Shown here one piece after another: positions 1-14,404 of a stretch of 64,000 nucleotides of DNA. A program made the translations under genes and the position numbers. The stretch is from the human T2T-CHM13v2.0 reference genome, Homo sapiens, in NCBI RefSeq assembly GCF_009914755.1, contig NC_060933.1, one strand, 5' to 3'. The notes below the pieces were generated by a model. That model was not told the origin of the DNA. It was given only the letters and a program-made list of their open reading frames with translations, and searched no databases. Each line of letters opens with the position of its first letter. Position 1 is the first letter of the stretch.

Positions 1-1831
1 GCCCCTTGAGACTTCTGCCTGGAGATGGACTGTCCCTCCCAGGTGCACATGCTGGGCCCCCGAGAATCACGGTGCCACCCCAGGCCTGCACTGACCTCCA
101 GGCACCCCCCCATCTGACTCTGCCTGGGTCACACTGCTGGGGTGGCAAGAAAACTCCTGCTGTCTCAGGTGCCTGCCCGGCGACACGTCGTCTGCCTCCC
201 TTTCTCCCCCGGGCACCTGCCACATCTGGGCACAGCTTGTTGCCTCCACCCAAGGGTGCCCCTGAGCATTTCCCCCCGGATTCACAGATGGTCCAGGGTG
301 AGCAGGAGGTTCAGAGGAGGGTGGCCCTAAGGGCCTGGAAACCCTGTATCCCAAGGTAGATGCAGCTGAGGGGCTGCAGCCCGCACTCTCGCTGGGGCAG
401 CAATGGGAGGGCATCTTGACGCCAGTGTGTGCCCCACACAGGCTCTGGAGGGAGACAGGGCAGTGCCTCCAGGGCCCGGCACTCAGCCCACAAAGCAGAC
501 CAAGGCACTGTGCTCTTAGAGCCGCCCCAGAAACAGAACAGGCTGAATAAAAATGGGAACAGGAACCCCCATGTCCTAAAGGATTCATTCCCCTCCCCTA
601 CACCCTCCTCGGCACGCGGCGTCTCAGGCCAGGACCCCACAGCAGCTCCATCTGCTCTGTCCAGCTTCTTCCTCACTCCCGTGGGAGTGCTCATAGACAC
701 ACCCCGACCCCAAGGTGCCCAGCTCACAGCTGAGCTTCTCTCGAACGGCCCAATGAAGGAGGGAAGCGCACCTGCTCCCGTGTGGCAGGACCCCCAGCAA
801 AACACCGCAGGCGAGCTTCTCGTGGGTAGGCTCCCAGGGAGCCGAAGTTTTCTCTGTGAATACCTCACTTTTCTCTATTTTCTAGCTGTGGACAGTGCTA
901 CACATCGCTGGTGTGACAAGCCGAGCATAGGGTGTACCCCTCCGCCAGGAGGGTGGGCTGACACCCATGCTGGGGTCCAGGTCTGCAACCATACATGTAC
1001 CGGCCCCTCCCCTCCAGCCCTATAAGCAAACCCTGGGGGACCAAGGGGCGGTATTTGGCCTGGAAGCCTCTTCAGAGATTCCTGGGACTGGCAACTGGTT
1101 GCAATGTGAATGACAGATCAGTCTGTGCCCAGGTTTATTTGAAAGCTTCAGGAGGAGGCACGGAGCCAATGGCCGAGCCTGAGTGGCCAGCAACTCCCCT
1201 CACTGCAGAGGCCCCTCTGGGCTGGGAAAGAGCCTCAGGACGCTCCCCCAGGCAGACAGGGGCCTCCAAAGGCTGCTCCCCCGGGTCTGCGCTGCCCCCC
1301 GCTTTCTGCTTCGAGGGGTTCTGTGATAGAGTCTTGAGGGCTGCTGGCCCTGGGGGCCTGAGCTCAAAGGAGAGAAGGCCTCCTCGGCCCTCCAGGGCCA
1401 TTTCGAGCCCGGAAAGAAGAGCTGTTCCCAGCATCAGGAAGCCGGGAGGCTCTTGATGGGAAAAACAGCTCCTCCTCCCATGGCCAGGCTCTCGGGCAGC
1501 GGCCAGGCTCTCGGGCAGGTGACCCTGGTCATCACTCCCCCTCCCCTGCTCCATGGGGACAGTCCAGGCAGAGCCCTGGTGCCCTTTAATGAGGCGCTTT
1601 TGTTGCAAACCAAAGCCAACGGCCATACGGCCAAGCCTCAGAGAAGGTTGAGCTGCCACCGGCCGGCAGAACAGCCCCCAGCCACCCTGGGAGGGGATGC
1701 CCAGGGCTACACGTGCCACCCCGGCCCCTGAGCCAGGCTCGTCCACCGGCCACCCGGGGCAGAAAAGGCTTCTCAGGGGAACATCAGGGTCCAGACCCCG
1801 ACCCCCGACCCCCTAAGACCAACCAACTCAC

Positions 1832-1983
1832 CGCGTGGCCTTTGAGCTTGCGGGGCTGCTCTGGGGGCGATGGCTGGTGGAGCTGCTGGGCCTGCATGGG
1901 GTCAGGGGACACAGGGAGGCCTCTGGCTGCTGGCTTGTCTCTGAGCCTCCCTCCCAGGCGGCCTTGACTTTGGGGCTGGAACC
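1832..1983 (-). CDS. CCDC187: CCDC187 long-isoform exon 19 (GSSPKVKAAWEGGSETSQQPEASLCPLTPCRPSSSTSHRPQSSPASSKAT); gene continues beyond window start
   Basis: Acceptor atttcttacag, donor CG|GTGAGT; 152 nt, phase 0 to 2. Confidence 0.78.
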
Positions 1984-2756
1984 CTGTAAGAAATGGTGCA
2001 GGAGAGCCTGGCAAGGCCACCTCTGCCCATTTCCTCCTCAGAAAAGCTGGTGGCTTCACGTGGCTGTGGCTGTGGCAGGGCTAGGGCAGTGCCGGGGCTG
2101 CTTGCTCCCCACTGGGTGCCAGGCTGAGACAGGACCTCTCATTTGAGCAGGGGTCCTGCACCCCCACTGAGAGGTATGGATGGGAGGCCCAGAATGAGGA
2201 GTTTTTCCCAAGGCTGGCCAGAGACCCCCATGCCCAGCTCTGGAATCAGGTTGCTGGTGTCCCCTCTCCTGCAGCCCAGCCTGGAGCAGGTGCTTCAGAG
2301 AGCTCAGATCATTCAATCCTCATCCCCACCCTCCAGGTGAGCCTGCTGCCCTCCCTGCCTTACAGAGGAGACGCGCAGGTGGGGAAGGCACATAGCTTGC
2401 CTGGGGACAGTCCCCCACCCCTTGTCCACACAGCGTCCTCACTCCGTCTGCCGGTGGACATGGGGGACAGGAGCCTCCCTCCAAGGATGCAGCTGCTGCT
2501 TGGGGTCCCTGAGGGGCTGGCCTCCCTGAGGAGCTCCCAGCCACACTCTCCTTCCTGCCTGGGTCCCATGAGATCCCCAGTCCTGCTTATCCTCCCCACC
2601 CAATCCACCGCTGCCCCCACCTGAAGTCTGGCTCTGCTCTAGGGCCTGGCCAGGACCACCCCATCCAGGAAGCCTCCTCAGCCCCCCAGCAGTGTCCCCT
2701 CCCTCCCTCCATCTGCCCCACCCCACCCCCCAGCAAGTCTGCCTGGGGCCACAGGC

Positions 2757-3055
2757 TTTTTTTTTTTTTTTTTTTTGAGACGAAGTCTCCCTGTCGCCCA
2801 GGGTGGAGTGCAGTGGCATATCTCGGCTCACTGCAGACTCCGCCCCCCGGGGTTCATGCCATTCTCCTGCCTCAGCCTCCCGAGTAGCTGGGACCACAGG
2901 CACCCACCACCTTGCCTGGATAATTTTTTGTATTTTTAGTAGAGACGGGGTTTCACTGTGTTAGCCAGGATGGTCTCCATCTCCTGACCTCGTGATCCAC
3001 CCGCCTCGGCCTCCCAAAGTGCTGGGATTACAGGCGTGAGACACCGCGCCCGGCC
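2757..3055 (-). mobile_element. Alu (AluY-like)
   Basis: Poly-T followed by reverse Alu consensus; cacaggc duplicated on both flanks. Confidence 0.95.
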
Positions 3056-3143
3056 CACAGGCATTTTTACAAGGGACTTGCACGATCATGGGAAGGGGAC
3101 AGCATTTCTGCAGCTGAGTCCCAGCCCAGGCGAGAGCACCCAC

Positions 3144-3320
3144 CTGCTGCAGCTTGGCCTGGGCCTGCAGCTCGTGCGCTGGGACGACGTCCGTGGGCCC
3201 CGGGATGGGGAGGATGTCCACAGGCCCCGGCATGGAGACGACGTCCCTCTGATGCTGCAGAAGCAGCTTCCTGTCCCGGTGCCTGAACAGCTGCGTGTGT
3301 CTCAGGTATTGGATTTCCCT
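3144..3320 (-). CDS. CCDC187: CCDC187 long-isoform exon 18 ([28 protein letters not shown]...AQAKLQQ)
   Basis: Acceptor ttttgcctgctcag, donor CAG|GTGGGT; 177 nt, phase 0 to 0. Confidence 0.82.
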
Positions 3321-4282
3321 CTGAGCAGGCAAAATAAGCAGATGTCAGCATAACCCCGGAGCCAGCAGGGGAAAAGGCCAACAAAAGGGAAGGGGTGTCT
3401 GGGGGGATGCCCTGGCCCTCACACTGGGAGGCCTCCCTTTCCCTCCAATTGGCCTTTGCCCGCCCCTCCTGCCGGGCCTAGGATACCCCCATGGCCTTGG
3501 GCTTCCCTGGGCTTGGTGGAGGAGGCAGCTGCGGGCGGCAGGAGGGAGGCAGGTACTCTTTCCCCAGGGCCCACGCAGGGCTGGCACAGGCTGGCTGGGC
3601 CTCGCCCTCCCTCTCTGCAGGCTCCAGGCACTGCCCCCACCCCGTCACTCCTTTACAACTGTTCTTTCTGTTCCCCACAGCGTCCCTGGTGGACGCACCC
3701 TCGGAACAACCTTGCACAGAGCCCAGGGCCGGGCCGGGCCGTTGCACACTCGCCCTGGGAGACAGCAGCTTCACTGGTGAGACGGGAAAGCGAGGCTCTG
3801 CCAAGCGGGTGTCTGGTCCATGGCCCCACTGGGGAGTCCCAGACCCCACCTCCACCACGGCATCTCTATCTGCGACACGCAGCCTGGCTGTGGCTGGGAG
3901 TCCCTGGCCCCGGCCAGCTCCAGCTCCTCCCGCCTGGGATCCCTGGGCAGCGCCTGTTCTGCCAGGCCCCGTCGTTGCCATGTGACATGCAGACCCCTTC
4001 TAAGCCCCTTTTGTTTCCCCGGCTCACGTTGTTCTCTGTGGTGCCTGCCTTTTCCTGTTTCTCCGTATCTGAGAGGACCTGTGCATGGGTCTGTGGCCTG
4101 GGTCTCCGCCCCCAGCTCCCTTGCCTGTAATGCCCCATGCCTGACACCCCAGGTCGTAGTATGTACAGGGCATCCAGGGCAGGGATGGGGATCCCGGGGC
4201 TTTCCAGTCAACATAAGGTCCTGCACTGACCCCATTTCCCAGCAGAGGGTCGTGGGCAAAGTAGTCCCCCACCCCAGCTCAC

Positions 4283-4570
4283 CTTTTTTTTTTTTGAAAC
4301 AAGGTCTCACTCTGTTGCCCAGGCTGGAGTGCAGTGGTGCAAGCTCAGCTCACTGCAGCCTTGACCTCCCAAGCTCAAGCAATCCTCCCATCTCAGTCCA
4401 CCAAATAGCTGGGACTATAGGCATTGGCCACCTATGGTGGCAGATTTATTTTTTGTAGAGACGGGGTCTTGCTATGTTGCCCAGGCCTGTCTCACATTCC
4501 TGGGCTCAAGCGATCCTCCCACCTTGGCCTCCCAAAGTGCTGGAATTACGGATGAACTGCCTCACCCAGC
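4283..4570 (-). mobile_element. Alu (AluJ-like)
   Basis: Diverged reverse Alu dimer. Confidence 0.9.
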
Positions 4571-5477
4571 CAGGTTCTTTTATCTGTACCAAGGGTGTTA
4601 GCGCCAGCCTCTGCCCCACAGCATGGGGGCACTGAAGTGAGGATGCAGGCACAGCGGCCGCGACCTGTGAGGAGCCCTTGAGCCTGTGACCTGGGCAGGG
4701 GCCGGCAAGGGTCCTCGTCCTGGCTCTCAGGCTTGCCCCTCAGCCTTGCTCTCTGCCGCAGGCAAAGCCCTGACTCTGGCAGCTTTTCCCCCCTCCACAT
4801 GTGCCCCCAGCACCGACTTTCCCTGGGGGTCTGCTTCCTCCAGTCCCTGGTGACAACGATGGCAGGAAGGCAGGTGCAGCCACGGATGGAGACCCCTCCC
4901 TGCCAGGCGTGGCTAGGGATTCACCTGCACCACCCTCCCAGCCCCCATGCATGTGCACATCAGGCTTCTCCCCATTTTTCAGATGAGGGAACTGGGCTCG
5001 GAGCAGCTGGGAAAGTCCTCTGAGGGCGTACATGGCACACGTCCACCCGGGTAAGTGCTGGCTGCACTAAACTCTCCCAACCCCCTGCTTTACAGAGACC
5101 ACAATTATTCTCTGGTTCCAAGGAGGAAACTGAGGCTCCAAGAGACAAAGCCACTTGCTCAAGGTGACATCCAGCAAAAGGCTGAGCCTGGTCTGGAGCC
5201 AGGGCCACAGGGCCACCCTCCACTCTGGCCACGAGGCCCCCAGAAGGCCGCAGACACTCCTTGTGTACAGGACCACGCTCCACCCTGGCCGTGATGCCCT
5301 CTTGGGCCGTGGACACTCCTTCTATACTGCGGGGTCCTGTATGGCCCTGGAGGGTGGCAAGGGCTTGGGAATTCTTTAGCTCTGTTGCTGGGGAATGTTC
5401 AGATTCCAGGCAAGAAGATGACACGACTGCCTCTGTGAGCCGCCCACCCTGACCCACCAGGCCTGTGCTGGCCCCAC

Positions 5478-5565
5478 CTGCTCCTTCTCGAATCTGCTGA
5501 GGGCTTGCTGCTGCTTCTCAACCAGCGCGGCCAGCACAGCTCTGTCCCTCTTGCTGTCCAGGCAC
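5478..5565 (-). CDS. CCDC187: CCDC187 long-isoform exon 17 (GCLDSKRDRAVLAALVEKQQQALSRFEKEQ)
   Basis: Acceptor cctccccccag, donor CAG|GTGGGG; 88 nt, phase 2 to 0. Confidence 0.82.
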
Positions 5566-6324
5566 CTGGGGGGAGGTGGCAACATCACTGCCAATGTTGA
5601 CAGCCCGTGCAAGTGGATATAGAAAGTCACAGACACAGCCAGCCCTGGTCGGCCACATCAACCTGGAATGCCCTCCCAAGGTGCAGGCACCAGGGAGGAC
5701 GCAGCCATGCGTGGACAGGCTTGGAAGCCTTGGGGTGGCCAGATGGCCCAACCCGGGCTGTCACTCTTCCACCCCTCACAGCCACTTTTGGACTTTTGGG
5801 TCTAAAGAGACAAAGGCTAGCCGAGAGCCGCCCCTGCCACCCTGAAGGCCCAGCCCAGGCCAGTGGGTCCTCTGGGGAGGGAGGTGGGGGTCACCCACAT
5901 CCACCCCCCACCCATCATGGAATAAACACCCTCAGTCTGGCCCGCTCAGACACCGGGTGAGGATGTTAACTGGAATCACCTTTCTGGAGACCAATGTGGC
6001 AGTATCAAGCGGCTTCCAGATGCATTCTCACTGACCCGGTCATTCCATTTCTAAGGTTTTACCTTAAGGAAATGATCTCTCTATCTTCATTAATAATGGC
6101 AAAACGTTGGAGACAACCTAGAGGCCCGGAGATCCGGGACAAGCGAAGGGAGTTACAGCCCTGTCTCTACGCCGGTGCGCCCTGTGTGTTATAGCGGTTA
6201 TGTAGCTACACAGAAAGGTTTTCCTGACATATAAATTGAAAACGCAAGTTACAAAACAGCACGTACTGCCCATTTGCAAGTTGAAATAGCCATGTGTGTT
6301 TCTCCCCAAAACAGAGTATCCGCA

Positions 6325-6641
6325 CTGGGCGTGGTGGCTCTCGCCTGTAATCCCAGCACTTTGAGAGGCCGTGGCTGGCGGATCAACTGAGGTAGGGAGT
6401 TCGAGACCAGCCTGACCAACATGGAGAAACCCCATCTCTACTAAAAATACAAAATTAGCTGGGCGTGGTGGCGCACACCTGTAGTCCCAGCTACTCGGGA
6501 GACTGAGGCAGGAGAATCCCTTGAACCTGGGAGGCGGAGGTTGCAGTGAGCCTAGATCGCGCCACGCGCCTCTACACTCCAGCCTGAGCAACAAGAGCGA
6601 AACTCTGTCTCAAAACAAAACAAAACAAAACAAAAAAACAA
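6325..6641 (+). mobile_element. Alu (AluS-like) inside an old L1 fragment
   Basis: Alu consensus with (CAAAA)n tail; approximate TSD aaaacagagtat/aaaacaaagtat. Confidence 0.95.
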
Positions 6642-6779
6642 AGTATGCACAAAGATGATCTCAGAGGTCACCTTTGGAACGATGGGGGTATTTTTTTATT
6701 TGTGTATTGAGTACTTTACTGCCTTATGTAAGTTTCAGCAAACACCTATTACTGTTTGGACCAGTACCTCTTGTTTCTC

Positions 6780-7230
6780 AAAACGCTGTCGGGGCCACGG
6801 GCGGGACCCGGACGGGGCAGGGAGGGGGCGGGGCTACAGCAGGGCGGGGCTACAGCAGGGCGGGGCTACGGCGGGGCGGGGCCGGCGCCAGGCGCATGCG
6901 CTCACCCTCGTCGATGCTCCAGCCAGGCCAGCTCCGCGAGCGTTTTCTCCTGGAGCGCCATCTCTCGCAGGCGCAGCAGCGCGGCCTGGTGCTGTGCTCG
7001 CAGCTCCTCCTCCCGCAGGCTCCGCTCCAGCATCTGCAGCTTGAAGCGGCCCAAGGCCCCTAAAGCTCTGGGTTCGGTGCTTCCGGGCCTCGCGGGGCTC
7101 CAGTAGGGTGGGCCGCGTCACCGCCTAGCTTCTAGACCGCTCCCAGCACAGGCCACCGCCTCCGAGAAGCCCTCTCGGACTGCCCGCCCCTCCCATCCCC
7201 CTATGCCGCCCTCGCTTCCCCGACTGTGAG
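6780..7230. promoter_or_regulatory. Intragenic CpG island with tandem GC boxes and an NRF1-type palindrome
   Basis: High CpG density; GGGCGGGG in about 4 tandem 16-bp units at 6826-6882; GCGCATGCGC at 6892-6901. Confidence 0.65.
6906..7033 (-). CDS. CCDC187: CCDC187 long-isoform exon 16, CEP350-like helix (MLERSLREEELRAQHQAALLRLREMALQEKTLAELAWLEHRR)
   Basis: Translated by hand (not in the ORF track); acceptor ctgcag (alternatives at 7039 and 7059), donor GG|GTGAGC; phase 0 to 2. Confidence 0.82.
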
Positions 7231-7570
7231 CTGGCGGGGCAGGCAGGATCTTTAGCATCTCGGCCTCACCACCAGCCCTGATCCAGGAAGCCCAGGCCAC
7301 CTGCCCTAAAATATACAACCTGGGCGGGGGCTAACCCTGCCCAAAGCACCATGTTGAAATGCCTGCCCCCCTCTGTCACCCAGGGCGGGAGGAACGGGCT
7401 TGGGTAGCTGTCAGCTGGAAGAGCGGGTGACGCGATCGCCGGAAGAACCTCCCAACCCAGGACCTGCCTTGGCCCTTCTTAGTGGAAGGACAGTTGGGTC
7501 CGGGGCCCACTACCAGGGCCGTGCTGGGCCCTGAAATTGTGCCTCTCCCCCAGGGGACCTCTCCACGTAC

Positions 7571-7713
7571 CTGGTGGGTGGGGTTGTCCGGAGGGAAGAA
7601 CTTGGCCAGGGGAAGCTGGGAGAGGGCTCCGTCAGGGCCCTCCACCTCTGAGGAAGGAAGCGCCATGGTTGGGTCATGTAGGGGGTCTGAGTGCCCCGTG
7701 TCAGGGGCCATTT
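7571..7713 (-). CDS. CCDC187: CCDC187 long-isoform exon 15 (EMAPDTGHSDPLHDP...FFPPDNPTHQ)
   Basis: Acceptor ccctccggtag, donor CAG|GTACGT; 143 nt, phase 1 to 0. Confidence 0.68.
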
Positions 7714-8890
7714 CTACCGGAGGGCCTCATAAAAGTAGGAGGTCTAGGGCAGTTTAGTGTCCCCATCCCATCCCGGACACACAGGGCTTCACGCAGAATC
7801 CACAAGACCACGCGGGAAGGGACAGGCAGTCTCTTGATGTGAAGTTGTGGTTTGTGACCCTACTGATCATGGGAAAGACCAGACCAAAAGTAGAGGAAGC
7901 TCAGGGAGACAGCCCAGCTGCTCTGCGTCTACAGGCTTCTAAAGGAGGGGAGAGTGAGGCCCAGAGAGGGAGAAGGGCTGTCGGGGTCTAGCACCAAGGA
8001 GCTGGCAGGTGACAGCAGATCCCAGATCCCCAGCTGAAGTAGCTGACCTGCTGCCGACCTCTGCTGGCCATGCTTCTGTTCTGAGTGATGGAAAAAGGAG
8101 CCTGTACTTCAAGCGATCCTTAAGGACGTTCCCTCCCACCAAAGACAGAGCAAAAGGGACTGGATTTTGGCTTTGCCATCCCATCTGCAACAACTGAAAA
8201 AATCACGTAAATACACACACACATGTGTGTTTATATAGAGATATGTGTGTGTATACATATATATATATTTTTTCACACACACATATGAAATAACAGTTTT
8301 CCAGGCACTGGACTTGAGGCAACATAGCACAGTGATCCCTGAGAGACAGAAAACAAAGGAGGGGAGGAGACTTGCGATGCTCACGGCTTACTGCCTCAGA
8401 GAGTTGCCAGGCTATGGTGAGGGAGGGGAAGCTGGCTGAGCTGGAGGACTCCCTGGGTAGAGGAGACAGCAGAGAGTCTGGGAGGACCAAGGCAGCTGGA
8501 GTTTGTGGGGGCAGAGTGTCAGAGAGGAGAGAGTCGCACAGAGAGAGGACCTCTGAGATGTATCAAGTGTCCCTCTGGAGTATTCAGTAGAGAACTGATG
8601 GATGAATGCGTGTCAAGAAGCTACCAGATGCTGGGACAGAAGCGTTCCGGGGGACTGGAAGCCTGGTAATGACGCCTGTTTCCAGTAGTCAGGCTGGAGG
8701 ACCTTAGGACTCCCAGGTCACTGGGCAGGCAGTGTACACAGAACGTTCTTGCCTTGACTGTCGGAAATGATTAGCCCCAGGCTGAGCACTGATCCAGATC
8801 GACCTAACACACTATTAATGAAAAGTCTGAAAGGACCAAATTACTTCTAAATAACTGCAGTCCCGAAGAAAGCTTAAGAATGTTTATAGG

Positions 8891-9214
<324 letters not shown>

Positions 9215-9648
9215 CTAGCACTCAGCAAGGTAAAATTCACAGGGCCCAGAAGATATGCAAAGAAACCAGAAAAACACAACCAGTAATGAGCAGGATAATT
9301 TATTAACAGTATCCCAGGCTTGACGTGGGTGTGAGGATTGGCAGAGAAGGACATTAGAAGTTTCGTAACTCTATCGCATATGTTAAGATGTTAAGTAGAG
9401 CCACAGAGGATATAAAACGAAAAGATCCAAATGGAATGTGTAAACTGATGAAAATTAAATCACTTGAGATGAAAAACACACTGGATGGGATGAAGGGCAG
9501 ACTAGACACTGCAGAAGGAGAGATGAACGAACTGGAAGATATAGCAATAGAAACTATCCAAAAGGAAACAGAGAAGAAAAAAGAATAAAAGAATACAAAG
9601 AGCTTCAGTAAGCTCACAACTTCAAGTGGCCTAATGTATGCGTAATTG

Positions 9649-10616
9649 TGTAAGCTCCAGCCCTACGGGGCTTAGCAGGTGTTCTCCCCATGTGCGGAGA
9701 TGAGAGATCGTAAGAAATAAAGACACAAGGCAAAGAGAGAAAGAGAAAACAGCTGGGCCCGGGGGACCACTACCATCAAGAAGCGGAGACAGGTAGTGGC
9801 CCCCAATGGCTGGGCACGCTCATATTTATTGTATACAAGACAACGGGGCAGGGTAAGGAGTCTTAATCACTGAGTCGTCCAAGTGATTAAAAAGGTCAAG
9901 CAAGTCACGTGATCATAGGACAGGGGGCCCTTCCCTTTTAGGTAGCCGAAGCAGAGAGGGAAGGCAGCATACATCAGCGTTTTCTTCTGTGTACTATAAG
10001 AAAGATCAGAGACTTTAAGACTTCCACTATTTCTTCTTCTGCTATCTACTACGAACTTTAAAGAGGAACCAGGAGTATGGGAGGAACATGAAAGTAGACA
10101 AGGAGGGTGACCACTGAAGCACCACAGGGAGGGGTTTAGGCCTCCGGATGACTGGGGGCAAGCCTGGATAATATCTAACCTCCCACAAGAAGCTGGTGGA
10201 GCAGAGCGTTCCCTGACTCCTCCAAGGAAAGGAGACTCCCTTTCATGGTCAGCTAAGTAACGGGTGCCTTCCCAGACACTGGCATTACCGCTTGACCAAG
10301 GAGCCCTCAAGCGGCCCTTATGCGGGTGTGACAGAGGCCTCACCTCTTACCTTCCAGGTCACTTCTCACAATGTCCCTTCAGACCTGATGCTATACCCAC
10401 CGGTTATCCCTAGGTTATATTTGTAATGCAACAAAGAGTAATATTAAAAGCTAAATGATTAATAATGTTTATCCTAATGATTGATAATTGTCCATGATCA
10501 TCTCTATATCTAATTTGTAATATAACTATTCTTGTTCTAACTATTTTCTTTATTATACTGAAACAGTTTGTGCCTTCAGTCTCTTGCCTCGGCACCTGGG
10601 TAATCTTCTGCCCACA
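9649..10616 (-). mobile_element. Solo LTR, LTR13 (HERV-K HML-4 group)
   Basis: TG...CA termini on the minus strand starting TGTGGGCAGAAGATTACCCAGGTGCCGAGGCAAGAGACTGAAGG; perfect 6-bp TSD taattg (9643-9648 and 10617-10622); 968 bp. Confidence 0.88.
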
Positions 10617-10762
10617 TAATTGGAGTCCCTGAAGGAGAGGTGAGAGAAAGAGGAGCAAAAAGATATTTGAACAAATAGTGGCTGAACTATTTCCAAATTT
10701 GAAGAAAATGAAAAATCCACAGGTCGAAGAATCTCAACAAACCCAGAGGACAAGAAATATGG

Positions 10763-11428
<666 letters not shown>

Positions 11429-11894
11429 GAGAAAGTCAAAAGCAGCCAGAGAAACAAAGACACGGTGATGTACTGACGAACCAAGAAGAATGGCAATCAA
11501 TTTCTTGTCACAAATAATGCAAGCAAGAAGACAATGGAGCAATGTCTTCAAAGTACTGAAAGGGAAAAACTGCACCTAGAATTCTATGTCCAGGAAAGAG
11601 TACGTCAAAAACAGAGATGAGATGAAGGTGTCCTTAGACATCCAAAAGCTAAAGACACCAGCAGACACGCACCACCAGAAATGCTAAGGGAAATCCTTCC
11701 AGCAGAAGGAAAAGGATGCGGGTTAGAAATCTACATCTACCGGAAGCAATGGAGAGCACCAGAAATGGTAAAATGACGACTATGTGCAGATGTAAATATA
11801 AACACATATATTATTTAAAACTTTTAACAAGATAATTGGTTGTTTAAACAAAATGATAACAATGTATCGCAGAGTTTATAAAACATTTAAAATA

Positions 11895-12410
<516 letters not shown>

Positions 12411-14179
12411 ACATTTAAAATAAAATTCATGACAACAATAACTTAAAGGCCAGGAAAGAAGAATTGGCCTTGTACTATAAGTGAAGTGGTCAACTGTATA
12501 TACTATTATAAATCCTAAAGCAGCCACTAAAATAATAAGAGTTATAGCTCCTGAGCCAACAATGGAGATAAAATGGAATCATTAAAAACATTGCTTAATC
12601 CAAAGGGAGGCAGAAACTAAGTGGAAGAAGAAAATAAAGGACAGACAGAACAAAAGAAAAATAACCAGGTGAGACTCAAACCTAACCACATCCGTCATCA
12701 CGTTCAATGTGAATAGTGTAAGCACCTCAATTAAAAGGCAGAGATTGCCAGATTGATTTTTTTAAGCAAGATCCAACTCTATGCTGCCTGTAAGAAACAC
12801 ACTTCAAATACAAAGATGCAAATAAATGGAAAGTAAAAGGATGGCAGTGGAGATATCATGAAACACCCGTTGAAGGAGAGCCGGAGGGGCTGTATTAATA
12901 TCAGACAAAATAGCCTCTGAAGCGAAGGATACTGCTGCGGCTAAGAGGATTATTGCATCATGATAGAGGGGTGAGTTCATCAAGAGCACATAATGATCCC
13001 GAGTGTTTATGGGCCTGGTGTCAGAGCTTCAGAATACACGAAGCGAAACCTGGTAGAACTGCAAGGAGAACTCGGCAAATTGCAACGTGATATTTCAATT
13101 CCAGTCTCTTATTCATCGATAGGAATGTTAGGCAGAAAATCCAAGATGCAGTAGATTTGAAGAGCGTGATCCACCAACTTGATCTAAGTGTTACCACAGG
13201 ACACTCCCCCCAGCAACAACAGAATAGACATTGTTTTCAAGGAGCACCCACTGACGTAGACTGTCTTCCAGGCCAAAACCTAAGTCTGGACATTACGAGG
13301 TTCACACAGATGTGTTTTGTGAACACAATGAAGTTAAACTAGGAATGCACAGCAGGTGCCAAGCCTGGAGATGGGGCGACTGTGGCCGGCTGGGAAGTCA
13401 CCGCATCTGCCATGATCACACTGAGGGCTGAAATCACCTTGTGGTGGTCTTGCCGCTCCATCCCTACAACCTGCACGCAGACCCTTCCTTGTTTGCTGAC
13501 ACACATCACACGAGAGGGGAGTCTGGACCAGGTTTCTGTGCAGCCCACGCTGGGGAGGCTGTGCAGAGAGCTTTCCCACCAGGGAAAGCCGCTCAAAGGA
13601 GTGGAGGTGGGCGTATCAACGGGCCTGGAACCAGGGAGGGGTTCCTGTTCCCGAAGATGCCAAGACAGGTTGTACCCAGGCTTCCAGGAGATGGCAGCCA
13701 CCTGGAGGCCAGCCTGGAGGTCATGCCAGCTCAGAGGAGCTGAGACCCTCTGTCCCGGAGCAAGGCCGACAGCAGCCTGTGCTCACCTGGCCGAGCTGCC
13801 GCATTCACCCTCCCTGGGCTGCGGACCTCCCTTCGTGTCAGGCTGGTCCCCCAGCTCTAGGGAAGCTTTCCTGCTGAGATCCTGACTCAGCTCCCCAAGG
13901 CTGGGTGGGTGGAGATGGTGTCTGCCAGCTGTCTAACCCAGTTCCCCGGGCTCAAGCGATGCCAGGGGCTAGGGCTGCCCGAGGGTCAGTCACGCGAGTG
14001 CTGGAGTCAGACAGACCTGGCTGCAGATCCCAGCTCCGCTCTGCATGGCCTTAGGCAGCCACTGTAGCCCTCTGGGCCTCCCTGTTGTGCACCTGCCTCG
14101 GGTCCCCCCTCTCGGGTTCACACTGGCCGAGGGCTCTGCCTGCCTCCAGGCCTGGGTGGGGTTTTGAAGACACCGTCAC

Positions 14180-14271
14180 CTGCAGAGGCTGGCTTGGCCA
14201 CCACATTCTCTGGCCTGTCCTCGGGACCCTGGGAGGACGTGGCAGCATCTGTGTCCAGAGGCGGGTGTGAC
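14180..14271 (-). CDS. CCDC187: CCDC187 long-isoform exon 14 (RSHPPLDTDAATSSQGPEDRPENVVAKPASA)
   Basis: Acceptor ctcacctgtag, donor G|GTGACG; 92 nt, phase 2 to 1. Confidence 0.75.
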
Positions 14272-14404
14272 CTACAGGTGAGGACATGCCCGGGAGACTT
14301 GGCACCAGCGCCCGCAGTGCCCACCCCACTGCCTGTGCCCAGAGACTCTGCAACCTGCATTTCCACATTGGGAGGGGGTGGCCAGCCCCAGCCCCCGACC
14401 TCAC

